A stretch of 52,776 nt of DNA from Rhodospirillaceae bacterium (GTDB lineage: Bacteria > Pseudomonadota > Alphaproteobacteria > CACIAM-22H2): the NCBI GenBank assembly GCA_009694125.1, contig SHVT01000003.1, forward strand, positions 1 to 52,776. The letters are read 5' to 3'. Below the pieces are notes generated by a model, which did not search any database, was not told where the DNA came from, and saw nothing but the letters and a program-made list of their open reading frames with translations. Every line of letters starts with the position of its first letter. The stretch's first letter is position 1. The translations under genes and the position numbers were made by a program. Positions 11,891 through 21,760 of this stretch are shown piece by piece.

Positions 11891-12414
11891 CGCACGCATC
11901 CCAGAGGCCGCGCCGCACCGAAAACTGGCGCAATCAATCACCGGCCCGTGAATATTCTTATATGCTGCGGTCGATTTGTGAAAGTGAATCGATGCTGCGG
12001 AGCACATTCGCTTTTGGCATGTCAGCCATGCCGGTGTCGCCTTGCGACGCTGTTGCCGAAAAGCGGCCACCGGCGAACCGAGGTGATGTCCTCGGCGACC
12101 GCGGACGCTGGGGAATGCCGTCGTGAACGGCGCCGGCACGATGGACGGCGACGAGGGAGGTGCGAGGTTGGAGAGCCGGCTGGTCGACGTGCGTGCCCGC
12201 CGCAGGCGTGAGCGGCACGGCTCGGTGGCCCGCAAATTCGCGCGAAAGTTTCACGCGTGATCGATTCCGCCCATCGGAATGAATAGGCCTTGTGAATTTT
12301 GGGTGGACCGCATCCAGATTTAGGCTATATACTTTAGTTGGTATCATGCTTCTGCATGATGCATGGCGACCGGGGCGAGGCGCCAAGATGGCAGTGTCTT
12401 AACCGGAGACTCCC

Positions 12415-12600
12415 ATGCTTGAAGCCCTCGATATCAAGTCCATCCTTCTCAATATCGAACGCACGGTGCGGCAACTCGATGCGCCCGAGGAGCCTACGCA
12501 CGCGACGGACACGCCTACATCCCAACCCGCCGCTCAAAAGTCGGAGCGCGATCCGCCTTCAAACGCCGACGCCTATTCGCGAGGAAACCGAGCAGCCTAA
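12415..12600 (+). CDS. Small hypothetical protein (61 aa)
   Basis: GGAGA RBS 5 nt before ATG; AT-rich upstream region; amphipathic N-terminal helix; stop overlaps the convergent outer-membrane-factor stop. Confidence 0.5.
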   Translation: MLEALDIKSILLNIERTVRQLDAPEEPTHATDTPTSQPAAQKSERDPPSNADAYSRGNRAA

Positions 12601-13985
12601 ACGCCATCCCAACCGCCGCCGACGGCGGTATAGAGATTGACGACCGCAGTGTAGCGGTCGAGCGCGGCCTGGACCACGGCGTCGTTGGCCTGAAAGACCG
12701 TTCGCTGCGCGTCGAGAACATTGATAAAATCCACCGAACCCGCGCGAAACCGGGCTTCGACGATGCGAAAGGCCTCGCGCGCCTGATCGAGCGCTTCCCG
12801 TGCCAGTTCCAAACGGCGATCGGAGGTGTCGGTCGCGCTCAAGGCGTCTTCGGTGTCGCGAAAAGCGGCGAGAATCGTGGCGCGGTAGGTCTCCATCAAT
12901 TCCTGGAAACGCGCTCTGGCCGCGTCTTCGCCGCCTTCGAGCCGACCGCCCTGGAAAAGCGGCGCGGCGAGGGAGGCGCCAAAACCATATGACAGACCCG
13001 AGGCGCTGAAAAGCGCCGGCAGGGTGGCGCCCTGCAACCCGCGCTGCGCCGAAAGATCGAGGCTGGGAAAACGCGCGGCGCGCGCGCCGATCGTATCGAG
13101 ACCGGCGGCCCGCAGATTGGCCTCGGCCCTTCTGATGTCGGGACGCCGCTGCAAGAGCCCGGCGGGCAGACCCGCGGCGAGGCCGGGCAGGGTCAGATTG
13201 GCGAGCGACCTTCCCTCGACTGAGAATCCCTGCGGCGTGCGGCCGAGCAACACGGCCAGCGCGTCGAGCGCGACCCGCTCCGCCTGCTGGAGCGACACGA
13301 GATTGGCGCGCTGGCTGGCCACCGCGCTGCGCTGCTGCGACACTTCGAGATCGGAAATGAGTCCTTCCGCCCGGCGCCGCTCCAGCACCGCCAAGACATC
13401 GGTGGCGATGCGCAACGTCTCGCCCGCCAGACGCAGCCGGTCGCGCAACGATAGAACCTGGAAATAGGTGCTGGAGACGTCGGAATACAGCGTGATGGCC
13501 ACGGTTTCGAGGTCGTAGCGGCTTGCTTCGAGGCGGGTCAGGGCCGACTGCCGATCCGCTTCATTGGCGCCGAACAGATCGACCTGATAACTGGCGCCGA
13601 TCGAGGCCTGATAACTCGAACTCACGACCAGCGAGGTCCCGCCGCGGGTCGCCGCGCGCGTCGCCCAGTTGCGGTCGAAGCCGCCGGATGTGTTCAGGCT
13701 GGGCAACAGCGCGGCACCGGCGATCTTGGCCTGCGCCTGGGCCTGGAGAATGCGGGCATAGGCCGCGTTGAGGTCGAGATTGTTTTCCGTCGCCTCGCCG
13801 ATCAGGCGGTCGAGTTCCTCGCTGCGGAAGCCCTGCCACCAGCGCGCGTCGGGCCAGATGCCGCTGGCATCGATACGCGATTCCCAATCGGCGGGGATGG
13901 GCACCTCGGGCTTGACGTAGTTCGGGCCCAACGCGCACCCCGTCAAACACGCCAGTCCGAGAAACGCCAAGGCGTGGATCGTCAT
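12597..13985 (-). CDS. Outer membrane efflux factor lipoprotein (TolC/NodT family)
   Basis: Lipobox LTGC, WW..F...EL..LI..A..NN.DL, LLQRRPDI..AE, ARFPSL, LYTAVGGGW; ATG 13985. Confidence 0.93.
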   Translation of the reverse strand: MTIHALAFLGLACLTGCALGPNYVKPEVPIPADWESRIDASGIWPDARWWQGFRSEELDRLIGEATENNLDLNAAYARILQAQAQAKIAGAALLPSLNTSGGFDRNWATRAATRGGTSLVVSSSYQASIGASYQVDLFGANEADRQSALTRLEASRYDLETVAITLYSDVSSTYFQVLSLRDRLRLAGETLRIATDVLAVLERRRAEGLISDLEVSQQRSAVASQRANLVSLQQAERVALDALAVLLGRTPQGFSVEGRSLANLTLPGLAAGLPAGLLQRRPDIRRAEANLRAAGLDTIGARAARFPSLDLSAQRGLQGATLPALFSASGLSYGFGASLAAPLFQGGRLEGGEDAARARFQELMETYRATILAAFRDTEDALSATDTSDRRLELAREALDQAREAFRIVEARFRAGSVDFINVLDAQRTVFQANDAVVQAALDRYTAVVNLYTAVGGGWDGV

Positions 13986-13990
13986 TCCGG

Positions 13991-15991
13991 TTAATCCGCG
14001 CCGAGCGCGGCGACCGGATCGAGATTGGCCGCCTTGCGCGCCGGCAGGAAGCCGAAGAGCAACCCGGTGAAAAAGGCGCAGCCGAAGGCGAGAATCACCG
14101 GTGTCGCCGCATAAACGACCGGTTTGCCGAAACTCTGGAACGCCCAGGCGGCGCCAAGTCCGGCGCCGACGCCGAGCAGACCGCCGAAGGTGCACAACAC
14201 CAGCGCCTCGGTGTTGAACTGCAACAATATGTTGAAGCGGCGCGCGCCGGCGGCCATGCGCACGCCGATCTCGCGCGTGCGTTCCGTGACGCTGACCAAC
14301 ATGATGTTCATCACGCCGATGCCCCCGACCAGCAACGAAATCGCCGCGATCGACCCCAACAACAGCGTAAGCGTGCTCTGCGTCTCCGTCGCGGTGGCGA
14401 TGATCGAGGCCATGTTGCGGATTTGGAAATCTTCCTTTTTGTGGCGCGCGATCAACAACTGCCGGATCGCGTCTTCGGTGGCATCGATCTTTTCGAAATC
14501 GGCGACCTTCACGGTGATCGTGCGTAAATGGCGCTGGCCGAACAAACGCAACGTTCCCGTGGTCAGGGGCACCATGGCGATGTCGTCCTGATCGTTGCCG
14601 CCGCCGGGCGAGGCGCCTTTCGGTTCCATCGTCCCGATGACTTGAAACGGAATGTTGTTGAGCAGAACGAATTGGCCGAGCGGATCGGTATCGGGCGGGA
14701 ACATGACCTTAACCAGGGTGTGGCCAAGCACGACCACGGGCGCGTAGTCCTTCAAATCGTCGTCGTTGAAGAAGACGCCGGTGGCGACCGGCCAATCGCG
14801 GGCGATCGGAAAATCGGCGCCGCCGGCGTTCACCGTGGTCCAATAATCGCTGCCGCCGGTGCGGATGGTGGCGCTGCTTTGATATTCCGGCACGGCCACC
14901 ACGACATTGGGCAAATCCGTCAGCGCCTCGGCATCGGCCGCGACCAGGGTGGTGACGCCGCCGGAGTTGCGGATGTTGGGGGCGCCGGGGCGGACCAGCA
15001 GAAGATTCGATCCCATCGCCGTGATGCGGTCGATGATGAGTTGTTTGGCGCCGCCTCCGATCGCCAGCATGGCGACGACCGAAGCCACGCCGATGATGAT
15101 GCCGAGCAACGTCAGAACCGTGCGCATGAGATTGGCACGCAGGGAGTGCAGCGCCATGCCCACGGCGGCGAGCAGATCGAAGGGCGCGGCGAAGCGCCGC
15201 TGCGGCGGCGCCGTCCAGCGCGGACGGGGGGCGGGAGCGTCGCGCGACAGGCGACGGTCGGACACGACCAACCCGTCGCGGATTTCAACGACGCGTTTGG
15301 CTTGCGCGGCGACGTCCTTGTCGTGGGTGATCAATAGGATCGTATGCCCGCGTTCGTTGAGATCATGGAGGAGACGCATGACCTCCTTGCCGCTGCGGCT
15401 GTCGAGCGCGCCCGTCGGCTCGTCGGCCAGGATGACCGCACCCCCGTTCATGAGCGCGCGCGCGATCGAAACACGCTGCTGCTGGCCCCCCGAAAGCTGG
15501 CTCGGGCGGTGATCGAGGCGGTCGCCGAGACCAAGCTGAGTCAAAATCTCGCGCGCTCGCGACCGCCGCCTGGCCCCCGACAGCCCGGCATAGATGGCGG
15601 GCATTTCGACATTGGCCGCGGCGGTCTCGGTGGCCATCAGATTGTATTGCTGAAAGATGAAGCCGAAGGCGTCGCGGCGCAAAAGCGCGCGGTCCTCCGC
15701 GTCCAACCCCGACATCTCCTGCCCGGCGAAGGAATAACTGCCGCCGCTCGGCCGGTCGAGCAGGCCGATCAGATTCATCAGCGTCGTCTTGCCGGAGCCC
15801 GACGAGCCCATGATGGCGACGAATTCGCCGGCCACGATGTCGAGCGAAATGCCATGCAGCACCGGCACCTCGATCGTACCCCGTTGAAAGGATTTCGTGA
15901 GGTTGTGGATGCGGATCAGGGGTTCGACGGTCGCCTCCAACGACGCCGGCGCCTCCGGTGCGTCCTGGGCATAGCCGTCGAGTGCGGTCAT
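13991..15991 (-). CDS. macB: MacB-family ABC ATPase-permease fusion
   Basis: [62 protein letters not shown]. Confidence 0.92.
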   Translation of the reverse strand: MTALDGYAQDAPEAPASLEATVEPLIRIHNLTKSFQRGTIEVPVLHGISLDIVAGEFVAIMGSSGSGKTTLMNLIGLLDRPSGGSYSFAGQEMSGLDAEDRALLRRDAFGFIFQQYNLMATETAAANVEMPAIYAGLSGARRRSRAREILTQLGLGDRLDHRPSQLSGGQQQRVSIARALMNGGAVILADEPTGALDSRSGKEVMRLLHDLNERGHTILLITHDKDVAAQAKRVVEIRDGLVVSDRRLSRDAPAPRPRWTAPPQRRFAAPFDLLAAVGMALHSLRANLMRTVLTLLGIIIGVASVVAMLAIGGGAKQLIIDRITAMGSNLLLVRPGAPNIRNSGGVTTLVAADAEALTDLPNVVVAVPEYQSSATIRTGGSDYWTTVNAGGADFPIARDWPVATGVFFNDDDLKDYAPVVVLGHTLVKVMFPPDTDPLGQFVLLNNIPFQVIGTMEPKGASPGGGNDQDDIAMVPLTTGTLRLFGQRHLRTITVKVADFEKIDATEDAIRQLLIARHKKEDFQIRNMASIIATATETQSTLTLLLGSIAAISLLVGGIGVMNIMLVSVTERTREIGVRMAAGARRFNILLQFNTEALVLCTFGGLLGVGAGLGAAWAFQSFGKPVVYAATPVILAFGCAFFTGLLFGFLPARKAANLDPVAALGAD

Positions 15992-17109
15992 CGGGCGGGA
16001 CGGCGCGTTCCGGCGCCGTCGACGACGATTTGATCGCCGACCTTAAGACCGGATCGGATCTCGGCGATGACGCGGTTGGTGGCGCCGATTTCGACGGGGC
16101 GGTCGACGGGCTGGCCATTTTCGACGACACGCGCGATGTAACGGTTGCCGGTGCGCGCCACCGGGCGCAACGCCGCCATGGGCACGACCGGAACGCTGCG
16201 GGCCTGGGCGATGACAAAAAAGACCTGGGCTGTCATCTGCGGCAACAAATCGCGGTCCGGGTTGTTCACGTCGAACAGCGCGTTGTAGAGCACGACATTG
16301 TTGACCACCGTCGGCGTCGGCAACACCTGGTGCAGGACTCCTTCGCGGCGCCGATCGATTTGCCCGAGCGTGGTGAAATAGGCCGGCATGCCAATGCGCA
16401 GCTTGTTGACGTCGGCCTCGGAGACCTGCGTCCACACCGTCATCGTGTCGAGATCGGCGATGCGCAGCACGATCGGCGCCTGTTGGTTGGCGTTCAGCGT
16501 CTGGCCTGTCTTTGCCAGGATATCAACCACGGTGCCGGAGATCGGCGCGTAGATTTGCGTATAGCTCAGATTGGCGGTGTCGGCTTTTAGTGTGCTTTCC
16601 GTCTGTTTGGTCTGGGCCTCTAGCGCCTGGATCTGGGCAGCCAACGATTTGTGTCCGGATTCGGCGACATCGAAGGCGTCCTGGCTGGTGGCGCGCTCGG
16701 CAAGAAGGCGGCGCTGACGCTCCAGCTGCTTATCGGCGAGCGCGAGCTGCGCCGTGCGGTCGGCGATTTGGGCGCGCAAATTGCTGAGCTGCGCCATGTC
16801 CGCCCCGACCTTCGCTTCATAGACAGTCGGATCGAGCTGAGCCAGCAATTGACCCTGCTCGACATTCGCCCCGAACCCGACATGGATTTTCTTAACCTGG
16901 CCCGAGACCTGGGTGCCGACATCGACATATTCACGCGGCTGCAGCGTGCCGACGGCCGACACCATATCCTCGACGCTGCCGAGTACGACGGGCTGCGCGC
17001 GCCAGGCCGGCGTCGTGTCCGCTTGCGCGGCCAACAGCCACCACGCGCCGCCGGCTCCCGCCGCCGTCACCATCAACACCGCGGATAGAAATATCGGGCG
17101 CCGTCTCAT
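15988..17109 (-). CDS. macA: MacA-family periplasmic adaptor subunit
   Basis: N-terminal [42 protein letters not shown]; ATGA overlap with macB. Confidence 0.9.
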   Translation of the reverse strand: MRRRPIFLSAVLMVTAAGAGGAWWLLAAQADTTPAWRAQPVVLGSVEDMVSAVGTLQPREYVDVGTQVSGQVKKIHVGFGANVEQGQLLAQLDPTVYEAKVGADMAQLSNLRAQIADRTAQLALADKQLERQRRLLAERATSQDAFDVAESGHKSLAAQIQALEAQTKQTESTLKADTANLSYTQIYAPISGTVVDILAKTGQTLNANQQAPIVLRIADLDTMTVWTQVSEADVNKLRIGMPAYFTTLGQIDRRREGVLHQVLPTPTVVNNVVLYNALFDVNNPDRDLLPQMTAQVFFVIAQARSVPVVPMAALRPVARTGNRYIARVVENGQPVDRPVEIGATNRVIAEIRSGLKVGDQIVVDGAGTRRPAR

Positions 17110-17283
17110 CGGTGATGCGTCCTATTGCCCCTTTAAGTATACGCCGGATCGCGGATAAATCCTTCCTCATACCTACGGTTTCCCGCGGTCGCATTCAAGG
17201 CAGCGGCAACCCACCGGTTTGTGCTTTCCCTATCGCCCGCGAGGCGCAGTGGGTTGCAACGGCGCCGGACGAGTACCCGCAAG

Positions 17284-17302
17284 ATACAATCTATGATTGT
17301 AT
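17284..17302. promoter_or_regulatory. Palindromic operator candidate between macA and the Lrp-family gene
   Basis: ATACAATC-TAT-GATTGTAT perfect 8-3-8 inverted repeat in an AT-rich divergent intergenic region. Confidence 0.5.
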
Positions 17303-17484
17303 TTATCATCTTATAGATATCGCCAATGTCGTTGGTTGCCTTATCGGAAATGACCACGATCGGGGTCTTGTCCGCGGCAAATACGGTGCGTTGGAAATGC
17401 GTTGCCGACGGAATAATGATTCGTTATAGACTTCCGCTTTCCGCCAAATCTCGGCGATTTTTCAATCATAGAGTGAAAATCTTC

Positions 17485-18039
17485 ATGACCAATTTCCGTC
17501 TGTCCGGGGTCGATCAAGGTATCGTGACCGCGCTCAACCAGAATGCGCGCGTTTCCGTCGCCAAAATCGCCGAGCGGCTCAAAGTCCCGGAATCCACGGT
17601 CCGCCACCGCCTGCGCCGGCTGATCAAGCAAGGTGTCATCGAGTTTTCGACGATGATGAACCCGTTGAAATTCGGCTATCAGATTTGGGCGTTGATCGAA
17701 GTCCAAGTCGAGCTTTCCAAGCTGCGCTCCGTCGCCAACGCGCTTGCGGACTGGCCGGAAGTCTTTTTCGTCGGCGTCGTTTCCGGCGGTTATGACATCT
17801 TTGTCGGCGCGCTGTTTCGCACCAACTCGGATTTGCTCACCTTCATCACCGAAAAACTGGCGAAGACTCCCGGCATCATCCGCACATCGACATCGAGCGT
17901 GCTGGACGTCGTCAAGCGCGGCGCGCCCTCCGTCACGATGTTTTCGCAGCCGATCGACGGCGAGGTGCCGCAGCGCGTCGCCCGCCGTCCCGGCGCACGC
18001 AAGGCCGCGGGCAAAAAGGGCGGGGTCGCCGCAGAATAA
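17485..18039 (+). CDS. Lrp/AsnC family transcriptional regulator
   Basis: D..I...L..NAR.S...IAE.L.V.ESTVR.RLRRL HTH; C-terminal RAM domain (VSGGYDI...L..FITEKLAKTPGI..TSTS); ATG 17485. Confidence 0.9.
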   Translation: MTNFRLSGVDQGIVTALNQNARVSVAKIAERLKVPESTVRHRLRRLIKQGVIEFSTMMNPLKFGYQIWALIEVQVELSKLRSVANALADWPEVFFVGVVSGGYDIFVGALFRTNSDLLTFITEKLAKTPGIIRTSTSSVLDVVKRGAPSVTMFSQPIDGEVPQRVARRPGARKAAGKKGGVAAE

Positions 18040-18072
18040 CACGGGAACCAGCTGTGGCGCCGCGCCAGAGCG

Positions 18073-18498
18073 TCAACGCCGCTCGATCAGCTCCACCTTG
18101 TAACCGTCGGGATCGACGATAAAGGCGATGTTGGCGCCGCCATGCGCCATCGGCCCCGGCGGCCGCGGAATCGGCGCGCCCGCGTCTTTAAGCCGGGCGC
18201 AGGAAGCGGCCAAATCCGGGACGCCGATCGCGAGATGGCCGAATCCGGTGCCGATGTCGTAGGGCTCCTCGAGGCCCCAATTGTGGGTCAGCTCGATGAC
18301 CGCCTGGGCGGATTCCGGCCCATAACCGACAAACGCCAGCGTGAATTTTCCGGACGGGTAGTCAGTCTTGCGTAGCAGCCGCATGCCAAGCAGACCGGTA
18401 TAGAAAAACAGCGATGCCTCCAGGTCCTTGACCCGGATCATCGTGTGCAGCAGGCGGTATTGGGCGGCATCGTCCGATGGCGCGCGCGGTCGCCGCAC
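18073..18498 (-). CDS. gloA: Lactoylglutathione lyase (glyoxalase I)
   Basis: LLHTMIRV.DL..SL.FYT..LGM, FTLAFVGYG, IELTHNW, GFGHLAIGV, IAFIVDPDGYKVELI; start uncertain. Confidence 0.93.
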   Translation of the reverse strand: MRRPRAPSDDAAQYRLLHTMIRVKDLEASLFFYTGLLGMRLLRKTDYPSGKFTLAFVGYGPESAQAVIELTHNWGLEEPYDIGTGFGHLAIGVPDLAASCARLKDAGAPIPRPPGPMAHGGANIAFIVDPDGYKVELIERR

Positions 18499-18546
18499 CC
18501 GTTTGTGGATCGTGCACGTCGTCGGCTGGTCCTTGTCCCATGGTCT

Positions 18547-19713
18547 TTAGGCCGAACCGGGCCGACGAAGGTGAAGCCCGGCTTCGGAGTCGGCCCCGGT
18601 CGAATCCGCCCCGGCAAGCAAGGCGCCATCAAAGTTGGCGCCGGCAAGACGCGCGCCGCGAAGATTGACGCCGGTCAGATCGGCGCGCCGCATATCGGTG
18701 CCCTCCAGATTGGCCGGCCACAGCCGGCCATCGGGCGTGCCGTCCGGACGCTTGAGTTCAACCTGGCCGAGATTGGCATGGGCCAGGCCAGCATCCTTGA
18801 GAATGGCGCGGTTGAGGTCGGCGCCGCCGAGATCAGCCGAGGTGAGGTCCGCGCCGGTCAGATCGGCGGCCGCGAGATCGGCCATGACCAGCAGGCAATC
18901 GGCGAGCCGTGCGCCGGTCAGGGTGGCGCCCTTGAGGTCGGCGCCGCTGAGATCGGCGCCGGACAGATCGACGCGCGCCAAATTCCGCCCGGCAAAATTC
19001 GCTCGCACGCCGTCGGCGCCGTTGCTCGCGATCCAGCGTTCATGCGCCAGCAGGGCGACATGGAGATCGTCAGGCAGCCGTTCCGGGTTCTTCAGCATGA
19101 CCGCGCGATCGAGGGCGCCGGCCGAAAAATCCACGCCCTCGACTTTGGTCCGACGCAACACCGCCAGCGCGAAATCCGCGCGTTCGACCACGGCCCGGGA
19201 AAGGTTGGCGCCGGTCAGGTTGGCGCCCTGAAACTGAGCATCGGCGAGATTGGCCCCGGTCAGATCGGCGCCGGAAAGATCGGCGTCGCGCAACATCGCA
19301 CCCATAAAATTGACCTCGGGCGCCGACACCGCGGCAAGGTTGGAGTTCGTCAGATCGGCATTGGAGAAATCGGCCTTGCCGAGCCGCGCGCGATCGAGCT
19401 GCGCCCCGGTCAAGACGGTGTGCGCGGCCTGGGTTATTCGTTTGGGTCCAAGACGCGCGGTGTCGGGATTGGGCTGCGTAAAGACACCGAGACGAAGGTC
19501 GGCCTCGCGCAGATCGGCACGGGACAATTTCGCGTTCCTTAATTTGGCGCCGCGCAAATCGGCGCCGGCCAACTGCGCGCCTTTCAACGTCGCCTGCGGC
19601 AAATGAAAGCCGGCCAGCGAGGCGCCGCTTAAATCCGCCCGCCTTCCATCCTTGTCGCCGTTCAGGTAGCGGGCATGGCTATTGAGCGCCTCGACCAATT
19701 CATCGCGTGTCAT
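18547..19713 (-). CDS. Pentapeptide repeat protein with two capped modules
   Basis: Long runs of A(D/N)LxG-type pentapeptides; cap L..H..(Y/W)L....DG.RA at the N-terminus and again mid-protein. Confidence 0.93.
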   Translation of the reverse strand: MTRDELVEALNSHARYLNGDKDGRRADLSGASLAGFHLPQATLKGAQLAGADLRGAKLRNAKLSRADLREADLRLGVFTQPNPDTARLGPKRITQAAHTVLTGAQLDRARLGKADFSNADLTNSNLAAVSAPEVNFMGAMLRDADLSGADLTGANLADAQFQGANLTGANLSRAVVERADFALAVLRRTKVEGVDFSAGALDRAVMLKNPERLPDDLHVALLAHERWIASNGADGVRANFAGRNLARVDLSGADLSGADLKGATLTGARLADCLLVMADLAAADLTGADLTSADLGGADLNRAILKDAGLAHANLGQVELKRPDGTPDGRLWPANLEGTDMRRADLTGVNLRGARLAGANFDGALLAGADSTGADSEAGLHLRRPGSA

Positions 19714-19740
19714 CGCGCCTATACCTCGTGCCCATATCGC

Positions 19741-21573
19741 CTAGTCCGCCGCTTCCAGCGCTTCTTGCTGTCGCGCCCACAGCGAGGCATATCGTCCCGA
19801 CAGCCGCAGAAGCTGGTCATGCCGGCCACGCTCCACCACCGCACCATCCTCCAGGACGATAATTTCGTCCGCGTCCACGACGGTCGAGAGCCGATGGGCG
19901 ATGACCAGGGTCGTCATTCCGCGCGACACCTCGCGTAGGCTGCGCTGAATCGCTTTTTCGGTGTGGCTGTCGAGGGCTGATGTCGCTTCGTCGAACAGGA
20001 AGATGCAGGGCTGTTTGAGAACCGCGCGTGCGATGGCGACTCGCTGCTTTTCCCCGCCCGAAAGCTTCAAGCCGCGCTCTCCGACCATGGTGTCGTAGCC
20101 GTCGGGAAGTGATGCCACGAAATCGTGTATCTGAGCCAGGCGCGCCGCGGCGATCACGTCGTCGCGCCCGGCATCGGGACGCCCGAAGGCGATGTTGTAA
20201 TAGATCGATTCGTTGAACAACACGGGGTCTTGCGGCACCACGGCGATGGCCGCGCGCAGGCTGGCTTGGGTAAGGTCGCGCAGGTCGCGGCCATCGATCA
20301 GGACACGCCCGCCGGTCGGATCGTAAAACCGAAACAACAACCGGCCGATCGTCGATTTGCCGGCGCCGCTGGACCCGACCAAACCCAGCACCTTGCCCGG
20401 CGCGACCGTGAAGGACACGTTGTTCAGCACCGGACCCCGGCGCGGATCGTAAGCAAAGGTGACGTTCTCGAACCGGGCCTCGCCCGGCCCCTTGGGCAGC
20501 GCGATCGCCCCCGGTTTGTCGGTGACTTCCGCGGGCTGCTCGAACAACGCCATCAGATGTTCAACATCGATCAGCGCCTGTTTGATCTGCCGGTAGAGCT
20601 GTCCCATGCGGTCCAACGGCCGCAAAAGCTGCATCATGTAGGTGTTCACCATGACGAAATCGCCCACCGTCATGCCGCCCGCGGCCGTCTCGCCCCCGGC
20701 CAGCAGCAGCATGGCGGTCAGGCCGACGCCAAGAATGGAGACCTGCAAGAGGCCGGTCATGCTGCGTCCGATCAGGGCTTGCACCGTCAGTTTCTCGACG
20801 CGGTGCAGGGCCTCGTCGTAACGATCGGCGATGTGGCGTTCGTTGCCGAAGAATTTCACGGTCTCGTAGTTGAGCAGGCCGTCGATGGCTTTGCCATGCG
20901 CTTCGTTCTGTTCGATCACCGCGCGTCGCTGATGCCGGCGGAGCCACTCCGAGCCGATGACCAGGGCCACCGTGTACAGCCCGAGCGTGCCCACGGCCAG
21001 CAGGGCGAAGACGGGCTGGAACCAAGCCAGCAACATCGCGCACATGAACGCGATCTCGGCGAAAAGCGGCAGGATGATGAAAACCACGTTGAACAGCAGC
21101 TCGTCGGTGCCGCGCAGCCCGCTATCGAGAACCCGGCTGAGCGATCCGGTGCGTCGGCCGAGATGGAAACGCAGCGACAATTCGTGGAGGTGGCGGAAGG
21201 CCGCCAGGCCGAGATACCGCTTCACCCTCTGCTCGATCGGGCCGTAAAGCGTCCAGCGCAGCTCGTTCAGCGCCTTGCCCAGCCAATGCACAAAACCATA
21301 AGCGAAGACCAGCGCCACCGGGGCGACCAACGCGCCGGAGGTTTGCGAAAGCTGGTCCACGGCCTGGCCGAACAACACCGGGACGAGGGCGTTCACGAAC
21401 GCCGCGGCGTTGAGCAGGAACACCGAAAGCACGAGGCGAGCGCGCAGACCCGGATCGTTGCGCGGCCACAGATAGGGCAGCGCCATGCGCAGCGCCCGCC
21501 AGTCCCGCGCCTTGGCAAGATCGGCGGTGGGGTCCGGCGAATGCCTCATCCCGCGTGAATGCGCTTCAGCCAT
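19741..21573 (-). CDS. Atm1/ABCB6-like ABC half-transporter (TMD+NBD)
   Basis: [72 protein letters not shown]; start ATG 21573 or 21549. Confidence 0.92.
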   Translation of the reverse strand: MAEAHSRGMRHSPDPTADLAKARDWRALRMALPYLWPRNDPGLRARLVLSVFLLNAAAFVNALVPVLFGQAVDQLSQTSGALVAPVALVFAYGFVHWLGKALNELRWTLYGPIEQRVKRYLGLAAFRHLHELSLRFHLGRRTGSLSRVLDSGLRGTDELLFNVVFIILPLFAEIAFMCAMLLAWFQPVFALLAVGTLGLYTVALVIGSEWLRRHQRRAVIEQNEAHGKAIDGLLNYETVKFFGNERHIADRYDEALHRVEKLTVQALIGRSMTGLLQVSILGVGLTAMLLLAGGETAAGGMTVGDFVMVNTYMMQLLRPLDRMGQLYRQIKQALIDVEHLMALFEQPAEVTDKPGAIALPKGPGEARFENVTFAYDPRRGPVLNNVSFTVAPGKVLGLVGSSGAGKSTIGRLLFRFYDPTGGRVLIDGRDLRDLTQASLRAAIAVVPQDPVLFNESIYYNIAFGRPDAGRDDVIAAARLAQIHDFVASLPDGYDTMVGERGLKLSGGEKQRVAIARAVLKQPCIFLFDEATSALDSHTEKAIQRSLREVSRGMTTLVIAHRLSTVVDADEIIVLEDGAVVERGRHDQLLRLSGRYASLWARQQEALEAAD

Positions 21574-21578
21574 ATTGA

Positions 21579-21752
21579 CCCGTTGTTCGACGCCCGAGCC
21601 GCGCCAAGGAACCGACCAACCCCGCGACCATCGCCGAATTGCGGCCCAAGCGCGAATTGTACGACGAGGGTCGTTTGGCTTTCGAGGCTCTGCAACGGGC
21701 CATCGAGCGCGGCTACGTCGACATCGCCGACGGGCCGGGCAAGGCCGTCTAG
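21579..21752 (+). pseudogene. Possible 3' remnant of a small helical protein gene
   Basis: Open frame with genome-like GC3-rich codons (...TIAELRPKRELYDEGRLAFEALQRAIERGYVDIADGPGKAV*), no ATG, preceded by an in-frame TGA at 21576. Confidence 0.35.
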
Positions 21753-21760
21753 CCAGCCAA

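Noticed and set aside
11900-12386. N-terminal extension of gltB to 12235 and the 142-aa ORF 11958-12386
   Set aside because: GltB similarity starts at MSLP..GLYDP; upstream frames have no motifs or RBS; treated as regulatory DNA
17112-17484. ORFs 17112-17429 and 17133-17357, and the extension of the Lrp gene to 17326
   Set aside because: AT-rich promoter DNA with atypical codons; the HTH starts after ATG 17485
18547-19713. Qnr-type quinolone resistance gene
   Set aside because: Much longer than Qnr, has a capped two-module layout and no mobile context; repeats alone do not imply resistance
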